Shown: positions 46,440-54,976 of the stretch, piece by piece | Layout of the letters: every line of letters begins with the position of its first letter | Position numbering within the stretch: position 1 is the first letter of the stretch | Source: Patescibacteria group bacterium | Lineage (GTDB): Bacteria > Patescibacteriota > Minisyncoccia > Minisyncoccales > RBG-13-36-15 | Assembly: GCA_018609195.1 (NCBI GenBank) | Contig: JAHCSE010000018.1 | Location: 4,750-68,749, forward strand | Length of the DNA stretch: 64,000 nt | Direction of reading: 5' to 3' | Position numbers and translations under genes: made by a program | The notes under the pieces: model-generated | The model's database searches: none | What the model saw: only the letters and a program-made list of their open reading frames with translations | What the model was told of the DNA's origin: nothing

Positions 46440-46725
46440 TGATGGATTGACCAAAATCACCAACCTCTTGACTATCGGTGGTTATTAATGCTGCATCATT
46501 CTCTCCTTCTGTAAGTACTGCCCCTTCATCAAGTAATTCTTTCAGTAAAGCATCTACTACATCATCAATGTTACCGGTTGCAGGAGGCGGAACAATTTCC
46601 TCCTCCTCTATCGGGCTTATTGGCGAGGGTTTTGGCGCAGGGGAATAAAAAGCAAAAATGGCAACAAGCACCGCTACCACGATTACCACAATCACGAGAG
46701 CTATTACCTTATTCTGCGTTGTCAT
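46423..46725 (-). CDS. hypothetical membrane-anchored acidic protein
   Basis: N-terminal TM VIALVIVVIVVAVLVAIFAF and an acidic C-terminus. Confidence 0.45.
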   Translation of the reverse strand: MTTQNKVIALVIVVIVVAVLVAIFAFYSPAPKPSPISPIEEEEIVPPPATGNIDDVVDALLKELLDEGAVLTEGENDAALITTDSQEVGDFGQSINESEL

Positions 46726-46937
46726 AAGATTGTGAATTTGATTTGTTATGTTAATAACAAAGATTCGACCTTTTTGAACACCTTTCTATAATGGCTAATT
46801 TCGTTATTTGAGGTGCTCCTATTTTATCAATTCTAGCAAAAAACTTCTCCTTTGTCGATTGTTATCTAAAAAAAAGACCCCCAGGCATTGCATTGATGCT
46901 TTGCCTGAGGGCTCAGAAAGGGGGGAAATCGGCTGGG

Positions 46938-47162
46938 TTAGTCGTGGTCTGCGATCCATCTTTGAAGCTGGGCGATCCGTTCTAGGACCTGGACGTGACA
47001 GGTCCCGATTGCCTTGATTTCTCCGAACTCCTGCGGGGACATCCCGAGCCCAAGGGCCTCCTTTTCGAGGAACCAGAGTTCCTCTTCTGGAGTACGCTGC
47101 GTCTCAGCCGGTACCTCCCGAACCGGTGCTTTCCTAACCGGTGCCTCCACAGTCAATACCAT
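46938..47162 (-). CDS. 74-aa protein in GC-rich mini-island
   Basis: AAGGAGGT RBS 7 nt upstream of ATG. Own TTGACA-17-TAGAGT promoter (about 47196-47224). Long terminator hairpin at 46868-46915. Confidence 0.5.
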   Translation of the reverse strand: MVLTVEAPVRKAPVREVPAETQRTPEEELWFLEKEALGLGMSPQEFGEIKAIGTCHVQVLERIAQLQRWIADHD

Positions 47163-47238
47163 CTCGACACCTCCTTTCTTTTGAACTAATGCTACTCTAT
47201 CAAATTATCAACAAAATGTCAATTTAAATATTGTGTGC

Positions 47239-48138
47239 TTATCCGGCGACACACGCATTAAACGCCTTGGCTTGATTATTGTATTCAATAACGAGCACTT
47301 GAGTCGCTTCAGAAAGATTATTATATTGAAAAACTAAAGCATTGTACTCCTCAACCTTTCTATTGTATCTAGGCCCCCATTTGGGGCGTGCCCTTTGCAG
47401 TTCCCGTTTCTTTACAGCTAACTCTTTCTCAAGTTCTTGAAGTTGAGTCGCGTTACTCTCAATCTGCGCTTTTAACGATTCATCTAATTCTGGGCATGCG
47501 GATATGGGCAGGCCGAATTCTTGAACCGCAACCCAGGTCGACTTCCCCTCAAAAACACCTTTTGCTACTCCAACCCCTATTTCTGCATAGCGAGAATTTA
47601 GGATATTAGCCCTATGTCCAGGGCTATCCATCCAGGCTCGTATCAAGGTTTTATCATCCTCAAAATTACCGAGTGCTAAATTTTCACCAATTGCAATGAA
47701 TTGATACCCGACACTTTCAGCCAAATCTCCAGCATCAACGCCTGATGGTGAAACATGAGCAAAATATTGTTTCTCAAACATATCCTGCATCTTGAGGGCA
47801 GCAGCGATATTCAGTTGTTTATCTTCTGTTAATTGTAAGAATCCCTGAGCGCTTCTCTGAACGTTGGTCCAGGTAATTATTCCAGATTGAGTGAGAAAAG
47901 AGTCGGGAACTTCTTTTGCTGCCCGAAGGGGTGGGGGAGAAGAAATGTCTTTGCTGATTTTTTCAATCGTAAATTCTGATGGCACTTCTTGAACTAACTG
48001 TTCAATTTTCGAAAACTGAGGAAAAAGACGCAGAATATCCGCCCAGAAAAAATACAAAACCAAAAAAACAAGAACTAAAACTAAAATATATTTAAGATTT
48101 TTTATACTTAGATGCGTGTAGATATTTAACATCTGCAC
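47239..48138 (-). CDS. CAP (SCP/PR-1-like) domain secreted protein
   Basis: YFAHVSPSG, GENLA and WMDSPGHRANIL motifs. Confidence 0.75.
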   Translation of the reverse strand: MQMLNIYTHLSIKNLKYILVLVLVFLVLYFFWADILRLFPQFSKIEQLVQEVPSEFTIEKISKDISSPPPLRAAKEVPDSFLTQSGIITWTNVQRSAQGFLQLTEDKQLNIAAALKMQDMFEKQYFAHVSPSGVDAGDLAESVGYQFIAIGENLALGNFEDDKTLIRAWMDSPGHRANILNSRYAEIGVGVAKGVFEGKSTWVAVQEFGLPISACPELDESLKAQIESNATQLQELEKELAVKKRELQRARPKWGPRYNRKVEEYNALVFQYNNLSEATQVLVIEYNNQAKAFNACVAG

Positions 48139-48146
48139 AGGTAAAA

Positions 48147-48878
48147 TTATTTGCCGAAAAGTTCGAGGGCGAAAGCGTAGGCAGCCATTACCTCTCCTTC
48201 GGTGAGTTCCATTCCATTGGCACCTCTGAACATCAAGCGGTTTATTGATTCGTCGGTATGGGAAAGCGAAAGAAGATGGCCTATCTCGTGGGCTGTGGCC
48301 CGAAAATCATACACGGTTGTAAAATCAGCAACAGCTAAGCTTTTGATACCAGAAAAAGCAATGCCATTGATGCCGCCAAGGCTTCGTACCAAAAATAAAT
48401 TAAAGGACGTTCGGTCAAATTGGGGAATATCCTTTGCCAAAAGACTAGGTGTTTTGAAAAATTGAGAAATAGTCTCGTCACTCGTCTCAATTGAATAAAC
48501 GACTCTGATAGAAAGGGTGATATCGGCCTGGGCCCAAATACGCGAAGCATTCTCAACAAGCAGTACAATATTTGCTGCGTCTCTTTGGCTTCCAAGATTC
48601 CCTGTATTTCGAAAAACAATGATATTAAGTGGCACTACGATTTTTTCAGCCTCTAGTATGCTTTGAAGCTCCTTTTCTTTTATTGGAGGGGTCTTTCGAT
48701 AAAAAAAAGCCTGACGCCCCCCAGACAACCAAAGCAAACCAAGGATCACCATTATAGCAACGCCTGTTAAGAGTAAGGTTTGCCAAATTGGCCTTGGCTT
48801 TTGCTCTTCAATATATTCTTCTTCCGGCAGAATATCATTAAAGTCTGGGTCTAATCCTTTTTTGTTTTCTTTTTCCAT
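48147..48878 (-). CDS. membrane-anchored zinc metalloprotease (HExxHxxxxxH)
   Basis: AHEIGHLLSLSH motif; N-terminal TM helix. Confidence 0.65.
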   Translation of the reverse strand: MEKENKKGLDPDFNDILPEEEYIEEQKPRPIWQTLLLTGVAIMVILGLLWLSGGRQAFFYRKTPPIKEKELQSILEAEKIVVPLNIIVFRNTGNLGSQRDAANIVLLVENASRIWAQADITLSIRVVYSIETSDETISQFFKTPSLLAKDIPQFDRTSFNLFLVRSLGGINGIAFSGIKSLAVADFTTVYDFRATAHEIGHLLSLSHTDESINRLMFRGANGMELTEGEVMAAYAFALELFGK

Positions 48879-48884
48879 CTTCTC

Positions 48885-48920
48885 ATCTTATCAAAAAATC
48901 GCCTTTAAGGCGATTTTTTG
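48885..48920 (-). terminator. hairpin + extended -10 (TGATAAGAT) module
   Basis: Minus strand: aaaaaatcgccttaaaggcgattttttgataagat. Confidence 0.55.
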
Positions 48921-48991
48921 GTTATTCTTACGACTCCACTCTTTACAGACTTATGACACCGGGTCTTCAACGGTGCTTGTAACAAGGAGGT

Positions 48992-50728
48992 TCATGTGGG
49001 TTGTTGTTGTTCGATTATTTCTTTGACTTTTTGACTTATCGGCAAAGTAAGGAAAAAGGTTGATCCCGCGCCCTCTTTGGATTCAAACCATATCTTCCCT
49101 TTATGTCCCACAATGACATTTTTTGCGATATACAGGCTCAGTCCCGTCCCTTCCGTGTTAAGCCGCATGGCAAGATTCCCTCGGAAGAATTTCTGAAAAA
49201 TCTTATCCCGTTCATTATCTGGAATTCCAACCCCTGTATCAGATATAGCAATCTCAACTGCATCACCAACTTTTCTAATACGAAGTTCAACTCTTCCTTT
49301 GGGGTATGTGTACCAAAAGGCGTTATCGAGAATACCATAGAGAACAACCCCGATTTTCACTTTATCCATATCTACTTCAGGAAGCTTGGCTTCGATTTGC
49401 ACACTAAAATTGATCTTTTTTGACTCAAATCGCTTTATAAAACTCTTTGCGGTCTCTTCAACAACCCACCGAGGAATAACTCGAGAGAATTGATATCCGA
49501 ATTTTCCTTCTTCGATACTTACTGCATCTAGCAGCTCACTGATCAACTTTGTCAACCGATCCACTGATCCAAATCCCTGGCCAACGGCACTTTTCTGCTC
49601 AGGAGATAGATGATCTAATGATCCAGCTAATAATTCACTGAAGAGCCACTTCATTTCTGAAAGGGGCGTGCGGATCTTATGAGAAGCAATTTTCACAAAA
49701 CTTGATCGCATTTTATCGATCTCCTTCTCTCGAGTGATATCATGTAAGACAATGATGTATCCAGCCTCCTTTTTGTCCTGAAGAAGAGGTATTTTGGTAA
49801 TCCCGAGGATACGCTCGCGGTCGTATTGATCGGCAACAGATATTTCATATTTCTCAAGCGGTTGAGGCGCTCGAGAAAATTCTGAAATTTTCTCGAGGTT
49901 AAGATGAGAAAAGTGGGCAGAGATCTTCTTCCCGAGGATTTCTTCACTGGAAAGATCAAGAAGTTCTCGGGCTCGAGGATTGACGAATACAACCTGCTCC
50001 TCCTCGTTAATCAAAAAGAGGCCGTCAGTAAGATTCTCAATGAGCGCACGGAGGTGATTACGTTCATTACGAAGCCTGCTGCGCCCAGTTCGAATGCTTC
50101 GGACAAACAGTCCTCCGTGATACCCGATATAAACCAGCAGAACTAAACTTAACGGAAGAAAGATCGCGAGGTATTGAGGATTCTGGAAAAAGCCGGCATC
50201 CAATGAAACAATCGGCGTAGGAACAATGATACGAAAATATTCAAGCAAGGTTGTAGCGAAAAGGAAAACAATGGTCTCAGTAATAAGAACCGACACTTGC
50301 CACAGATACGGCAAATATCGAAAAGCAGACACGATATACAGCGGAAAAACGAAGAGTCCTCCGACGCTGTAACTCCCGGACAAAAAAACTAACGGGATAA
50401 CAACAGCTGCATCAACAAGCAAAAAAACCGTGTACACTATACTCAATCTTCTAAAATTCTGGAGATACGACAAAGGAAAAATTAATAAATAAAAAAAGGC
50501 TGTATAGAAAAAAAGCCAACCGAAGAGTAAGAAAGCGGCTGTTGGGATATGGACTTGAAAAATAGGAGGAATAACAAATGCAAGAATTGTAATGATTAAG
50601 CTCACTACCATTCTAGAACGAGAGTCGCTTGCAAGAACATTACGTAATGCTTGAAGCTCTTCTGCTTCTTGGATCCTTTCAAAGTAGGAATTCCTCCGCC
50701 TCTTTTGTGTAAAAATATTGATGGGCAT
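48992..50728 (-). CDS. membrane sensor histidine kinase with PAS domain
   Basis: Multi-TM N-terminus, PAS-like region, H-box ASHKIRTPL, N-box, G-boxes DTGVGI / GTGLSL. Confidence 0.85.
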   Translation of the reverse strand: MPINIFTQKRRRNSYFERIQEAEELQALRNVLASDSRSRMVVSLIITILAFVIPPIFQVHIPTAAFLLFGWLFFYTAFFYLLIFPLSYLQNFRRLSIVYTVFLLVDAAVVIPLVFLSGSYSVGGLFVFPLYIVSAFRYLPYLWQVSVLITETIVFLFATTLLEYFRIIVPTPIVSLDAGFFQNPQYLAIFLPLSLVLLVYIGYHGGLFVRSIRTGRSRLRNERNHLRALIENLTDGLFLINEEEQVVFVNPRARELLDLSSEEILGKKISAHFSHLNLEKISEFSRAPQPLEKYEISVADQYDRERILGITKIPLLQDKKEAGYIIVLHDITREKEIDKMRSSFVKIASHKIRTPLSEMKWLFSELLAGSLDHLSPEQKSAVGQGFGSVDRLTKLISELLDAVSIEEGKFGYQFSRVIPRWVVEETAKSFIKRFESKKINFSVQIEAKLPEVDMDKVKIGVVLYGILDNAFWYTYPKGRVELRIRKVGDAVEIAISDTGVGIPDNERDKIFQKFFRGNLAMRLNTEGTGLSLYIAKNVIVGHKGKIWFESKEGAGSTFFLTLPISQKVKEIIEQQQPT

Positions 50729-50757
50729 AAAGAAGACGATGTTGTTGAATCAACTCC

Positions 50758-50791
50758 ATCCTACCAAAAAATCGCCTTTAAGGCGATTTTT
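50758..50791 (-). terminator. hairpin + extended -10 (TGGTAGGAT) module
   Basis: Minus strand: aaaaatcgccttaaaggcgattttttggtaggat. Confidence 0.55.
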
Positions 50792-50798
50792 ATTTCCT

Positions 50799-51101
50799 TC
50801 AACTGAGCTCCTCTAAAATCTTCTTTATTCTTTCTGCTTCTCCTTCAACTACCTCACCCGTGTATTCTCCGCTGTGAGCTCGGCTTCCCGAATAAGAAGG
50901 TCTTTTCTGGTCCAAATGTAAATTAAAAGTAAATTCATCTTTTTTTCTATCTTCTTTGATATAAAGATGAAACCTGGGATATTCAGCTCCCAGATATCTT
51001 ACGCAATTGAACTCTTCCTCGGTCCTTAGCAACGGCCGATATCCTAATTTTCTGATTAAAGTCACAATACTTTCTTTTGGGCTCCTCACAACAAATTTCA
51101 T
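50799..51101 (-). CDS. hypothetical protein
   Basis: 100-aa ORF with compact spacing; no recognisable motif. Confidence 0.45.
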   Translation of the reverse strand: MKFVVRSPKESIVTLIRKLGYRPLLRTEEEFNCVRYLGAEYPRFHLYIKEDRKKDEFTFNLHLDQKRPSYSGSRAHSGEYTGEVVEGEAERIKKILEELS

Positions 51102-51116
51102 ATATTTTTTAGTAGT

Positions 51117-52310
51117 TCATTTTATATTTTCATTTGCTGGAAAAAGAGCTTCCTTTGTATAAATATTTTTTGAGTTCCACAACATAAAACCTGAAAAATT
51201 CTCTCCTAATGCCTCAGATACAGCATCAATTTCTGCTCGAACCTGCTCTTCATCGTACGTAGCTCCTAAATCAAAATCCTGAAGCCAGGGTCGCAATTTG
51301 GCCTTTGTTGGATTAAGCTGGTTAAGAAGATTTAATTTCTTTAAAGCACTCTCCATTGAATGTTTCACTACTTCATAGGGATATTCGGCAGGATTTTGGT
51401 ATCCTAAAAATCCCTCAGCATAATGAGAAGGATAAACCATTGGGGAGACAAAATCAAAGTATTGGTAAGCATTTTCAATAACCTGACCTACGCCCAAATC
51501 AGAATTAACGGTGGAAAGCCCAAAAAGATCAATTGAAAGAACAGCTTGGGGAAGTTTTTCCCGAAGATATTTATAAAACTCTTTAATGATTACATTTCTT
51601 GGAGTGGTTTCATCCCAAAGAGGAAAATTCATATCTTGCAAATTACCATCTGAGGGGAATCTCACATAATCAAAGTTCAATTCATCAAAACCTCGATTCA
51701 AGACATCCCTTGCAATGGCAATATTATAATCCCAAGCATCTTTCGCTGCTGGATCAATCCAAGCCAATCCTGATTTATCCAGCCATAACAAAGATTTATC
51801 TGATTTTTGATGAACTGCCAGATCTGGTCTGGCTAAAGCCAAGACCGGATCTTGAAAAACAGTAATTCTGGCAATCACGTATATTCCTTCTTTGTGAAAT
51901 CTTTCCACAAATGCCTCAATATCCGGAATTAATGCTCTTTCAGCATTATATTGTTCAGCTTCAAGAACCTGGGTATCGTAGGTGATATAGCCTGACCAAT
52001 CTTTAATATCAATTACTACCGCATTAATCTCTGTATTTTTGGCAATATCAACTGCATAATCAACAACCCTGGGATTGGCAGCTGACCAGTTAGTTAAATA
52101 AACAGCTCTTACTATTTCTGGTGGCTGAAAGGTTGATTTTTGAGATTCAATATCAACAGCAGGAGTAATGTCAGTTGTAATGCTAGGGGAAAATTCTTTT
52201 TCAATAAAATTATTCTCTTTTTGAGGCAAAAAGATAGATTTTTGAAGAAAAATAAAAAAACCTCCAACTATGATGATTATTATTAAAATTAAAAAACTGC
52301 GAGGTATCAT
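51117..52310 (-). CDS. putative TIM-barrel glycoside hydrolase (DUF4015-like)
   Basis: TM anchor; RAVYLTNW..AVVIDIKD..FDYVRFP pattern as in the DUF4015/GHL family. Confidence 0.55.
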   Translation of the reverse strand: MIPRSFLILIIIIIVGGFFIFLQKSIFLPQKENNFIEKEFSPSITTDITPAVDIESQKSTFQPPEIVRAVYLTNWSAANPRVVDYAVDIAKNTEINAVVIDIKDWSGYITYDTQVLEAEQYNAERALIPDIEAFVERFHKEGIYVIARITVFQDPVLALARPDLAVHQKSDKSLLWLDKSGLAWIDPAAKDAWDYNIAIARDVLNRGFDELNFDYVRFPSDGNLQDMNFPLWDETTPRNVIIKEFYKYLREKLPQAVLSIDLFGLSTVNSDLGVGQVIENAYQYFDFVSPMVYPSHYAEGFLGYQNPAEYPYEVVKHSMESALKKLNLLNQLNPTKAKLRPWLQDFDLGATYDEEQVRAEIDAVSEALGENFSGFMLWNSKNIYTKEALFPANENIK

Positions 52311-52326
52311 CCGCTAAAAATTTTAG

Positions 52327-52605
52327 TTATTTTATTATCTCATCTTCATATTCGGGAAAGTAGTTGCTAATCACCCGGAGATTAAATTCTCTTAAAATAG
52401 ATTCTTTTAGCTCCCTCGCCAATAAAAATTCAAAAGATTTTTCTACCAACTCAGCAGGTGTGTGTTTCCCATCGGTTAGCTTCTGGTAATATTCTTTATC
52501 CAACGTTACTGAATACTCAATTTTATCCTCATTATCACCAACTTCAACCAAAAAATTCCACCCATTTTCAGTCTGTTCCTCTTTTTTAATTTTGATATTC
52601 TTCAT
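52327..52605 (-). CDS. hypothetical protein
   Basis: 92-aa ORF preceded by TGGTAGAAT at 52610-52618. Confidence 0.45.
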   Translation of the reverse strand: MKNIKIKKEEQTENGWNFLVEVGDNEDKIEYSVTLDKEYYQKLTDGKHTPAELVEKSFEFLLARELKESILREFNLRVISNYFPEYEDEIIK

Positions 52606-52732
52606 ATTGCAATTCTACCAAAAAACATACCCCATATAAAGCCCCGAACCAGAAACTTCGTTTCAGTTCGGGACTAGTCCAGCACCGTGCTCTGCTCTGG
52701 TGCTGGGCTTAGTTTTTGTGCGGGGTCGCCAC

Positions 52733-52963
52733 AAAAAAAAGAGCCCCCAAGCATTACATCAATGCTTTGCCTGGGGGCTTGGTGGTGGCCCTGAAGGGGC
52801 CTTGGCAAAAAGGGCTAATGGGGGAGAGGGAAAGCGATCCCGGGGTGAGACACCCCGCCGAGGTCATAAAGGAAGGTTACCGGTTTGGCGCATCGCCATG
52901 GAGCCAACTTCCATCCTTCCCGCTTCGAGACCTCTGGTTGAAGAGAACCACCTTCCCTCTCCC
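52733..52963 (-). ncRNA. GC-rich structured RNA, paralog A (unknown class)
   Basis: TTGACT (52997-52992), 16 nt, TATAAT (52975-52970). Transcript starts GGGAGAGGGAAGG and pairs with UUCCCUCUCCC (52821-52833). There are several internal hairpins. It ends in a 17-bp hairpin + U8 (52733-52780). Confidence 0.5.
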
Positions 52964-53021
52964 AAATTAATTATAATTTTTTCAGAACTTGAGTCAAGAG
53001 GAAGGCTAAATAAAAACTCTC

Positions 53022-53056
53022 ATTCTACCAAAAATCGCCCACAAGGCGATTTTTTG
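53022..53056 (-). terminator. hairpin + extended -10 (TGGTAGAAT) module
   Basis: Minus strand: aaaaaatcgccttgtgggcgatttttggtagaat. Confidence 0.55.
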
Positions 53057-53079
53057 GGTTCTCTTTATTCTTGGTTCAC

Positions 53080-53562
53080 TTAATAAAGTAAAGAAAAAGT
53101 AATTATACCAAAGGCGACTGCTACGTTGAGGGATTCTTTCTTGCCCCTCATTGGAATTTCTAATATTTTATCAGCTCTTTGAAGAATTGATGAGGGTAAA
53201 CCTTTTATTTCGTTACCTACTACCAATGCTGCTCTCTCTAAATTTGATTTTGATAGTTTCACTTTGTAGTAGGGGATTGATTTCTTACTTTGCTCAATGG
53301 CAAAAATTTTATAACCTCTGCCAGCAGGTCCATTTTTGATTTTATCAATAAGGCGGGCAGTAGATTTCACTTTCTCCCACGGAACAGATTTTTCTGCTCC
53401 CAAAGATACTTTTATTAATTGCTGGCGAGGGCGACCGAGTTCATCAAAAGGGGCAGGTGTAATTCCGCAAAGATAGATTTTTTCAACACCGGCAGCATCA
53501 GCTGTTCGAAAAATCGAACCCACATTATGCAAACTCCGAATATTATAAAGCAAAACTATCAT
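53080..53562 (-). CDS. SpoU/TrmH family RNA 2'-O-methyltransferase
   Basis: NVGSIFRTADAAG, and C-terminal IPMRG..ESLNVAVA knot motifs. Confidence 0.8.
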   Translation of the reverse strand: MIVLLYNIRSLHNVGSIFRTADAAGVEKIYLCGITPAPFDELGRPRQQLIKVSLGAEKSVPWEKVKSTARLIDKIKNGPAGRGYKIFAIEQSKKSIPYYKVKLSKSNLERAALVVGNEIKGLPSSILQRADKILEIPMRGKKESLNVAVAFGIITFSLLY

Positions 53563-53572
53563 AGATTTTTAT

Positions 53573-53767
53573 TTATTTTCTTTTTGGCGGCTCTATACCA
53601 AGATCTTGGCAAATTTTCTTTGCTAAAAAATTATCAATTTCTTTGTGGCGAGAAACAGTGGATGTTTTTTTCATTAGGGAATTAAAAAAGACGCTATGTC
53701 TTGCGCCTTCCCTTATACAAATACATCTATTTTTAATAAGGTGCTTAATTAAATCCCTTCACTTCAT
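53573..53767 (-). pseudogene. hicA: HicA-family toxin with in-frame TGA at codon 3
   Basis: ATG AAG TGA AGG.. reads MK*RDLIKHLIKNRCICIREGARHSVFFNSLMKKTSTVSRHKEIDNFLAKKICQDLGIEPPKRK*. The ATG overlaps the hicB stop (ATGA). Confidence 0.6.
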
Positions 53768-53988
53768 TTTAAAGAAATTGAGAGTGGCTCCCGAATAACT
53801 TTCCCTTTGGCAATTTCTTTTTTATTAAGAGTCCGATTAGTCTCCAGAATTAACAAAAGCGCGTCTTTCAGATTCTCTTTTACCTCTTTAAGGGTTTTTC
53901 CCTGGGTATTAACTCCTGGAATTTCTTCTACCCAGCCCAAATACCATTTTCCATGTTTTTTGTAAATTGCGGTAAATTGCCTCATCAT
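53764..53988 (-). CDS. hicB: HicB-family (UPF0150) antitoxin
   Basis: FTAIYKKHGKWYLGWVEEIPGVNTQGKTLKEVKENLKDAL pattern. Confidence 0.7.
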   Translation of the reverse strand: MMRQFTAIYKKHGKWYLGWVEEIPGVNTQGKTLKEVKENLKDALLLILETNRTLNKKEIAKGKVIREPLSISLK

Positions 53989-54043
53989 ATATTTTAATTA
54001 TAGATTCCTCAAAAATTATGTCAAATCCGGCTTTTATTTTCTC

Positions 54044-54078
54044 ATCCTACCAAAAAATCGCCGTTTCGGCGATTTTTA
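54044..54078 (-). terminator. hairpin + extended -10 (TGGTAGGAT) module
   Basis: Minus strand: aaaaatcgccgaaacggcgattttttggtaggat. Confidence 0.55.
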
Positions 54079-54090
54079 GCTTCTCAGGAT

Positions 54091-54936
54091 TCACACAGTC
54101 TTGCATCCTTGGAGCAGTTCATCAATATCGTTTCCCACATTTTTACCGACATACCCTCCCTCCAAAACAAAAAACGTAGGTTTTCTCAATTTTGCAAGCT
54201 CTTCTCCTATTTTCCGATAAGATTTTCCTGTCAACCCCAAAGAAGCCAAATCCCTTTCATGAGCATCAAACCCAGCTGACACAGCGATAATTTCTATCTT
54301 CTTAAAATCTATTTTTCTCAAAGCCTCTTGTAAAGTTTTCAAATAAATTTCCTCACCACAGTCAGCCTCTAATGGGAAATTAAAATAATTCCCTTTTGAT
54401 TCAAAACCAGTTCCTGGATAATAAGGGGATCTGTGAAGAGAGAAATAAATTACCTTGGAATCTTCAAAGAAAATTTCTTCTGTGCCGTTGCCATGATGGC
54501 CATCGATATCTAAAATTAATGCCGGCTTTCCCAAATATTTAACAGCAATAGCGACATTGTTGAAATAACAAAATCCTCTGGTTGGAACGCCGAGAGCAAA
54601 ACCTGCTCTTCCGGCATGATGGCCGGGAGGTCGCATTAAAGAAAAGCCGCTAACTTTAGCAGCTAAAATTGCACCTCCCGCAGAAAGCATTGCATATTCG
54701 TAAATATTTTCATAGGCTGGCGTATCTGTGTCTTCTATCTTTCCTTTTTTGAGTTTTTCAATGTAATCTGTTTCGTGAACTAAAAGAAGATCTTTTTCAG
54801 AAGCTAATTCAGGTTTTAAAAACTCATATCCTTTCTCTTTAAGAATTTTGGCAGCTATTTTGACCCTCTCTGGACTCTCAATATACCCCTTCCCATACTT
54901 CAAACACCTTTCATCAAAAATTATTTTCCTTTTCAC
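54091..54936 (-). CDS. histone deacetylase-family (AcuC/Aph-like) deacetylase
   Basis: RPPGHHA, DIDGHHGNGT and EGGY motifs. Confidence 0.85.
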   Translation of the reverse strand: MKRKIIFDERCLKYGKGYIESPERVKIAAKILKEKGYEFLKPELASEKDLLLVHETDYIEKLKKGKIEDTDTPAYENIYEYAMLSAGGAILAAKVSGFSLMRPPGHHAGRAGFALGVPTRGFCYFNNVAIAVKYLGKPALILDIDGHHGNGTEEIFFEDSKVIYFSLHRSPYYPGTGFESKGNYFNFPLEADCGEEIYLKTLQEALRKIDFKKIEIIAVSAGFDAHERDLASLGLTGKSYRKIGEELAKLRKPTFFVLEGGYVGKNVGNDIDELLQGCKTV

Positions 54937-54942
54937 TGGATT

Positions 54943-54972
54943 ATTCTACCAAAAAATCGCCTTTTTGGCGAT
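54943..54972 (-). terminator. hairpin + extended -10 (TGGTAGAAT) module
   Basis: Minus strand: atcgccaaaaaggcgattttttggtagaat. Confidence 0.55.
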
Positions 54973-54976
54973 TAAA

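Noticed and set aside
52733-52963. Identifying the GC-rich RNAs as SRP RNA, 6S RNA, tmRNA, RNase P RNA or a cobalamin riboswitch
   Set aside because: They lack the GGAA-tetraloop/AGCA helix-8 motif, the tRNA-like end, the GGAAAGUCC/ACAGAAA RNase P blocks and a B12 box. Having two copies also argues against single-copy housekeeping RNAs. Only a short GGUGGUUCUC resemblance to 4.5S RNA was noted.
52700-53083. Plus-strand ORFs (127 aa and 84 aa) across the GC-rich region
   Set aside because: The open frames are a by-product of GC richness. There is no RBS or promoter on the plus strand. The minus strand has a consensus promoter, a closing helix and a strong terminator, so it was treated as an RNA gene.
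53759-53761. TGA in hicA as evidence for an alternative genetic code (UGA=Gly, code 25)
   Set aside because: TGA terminates several well-aligned genes here (eno 28944-28946, acs 34623-34625, galU 26755-26757, hicB). Long ORFs are intact under the standard code, so the window uses code 11.
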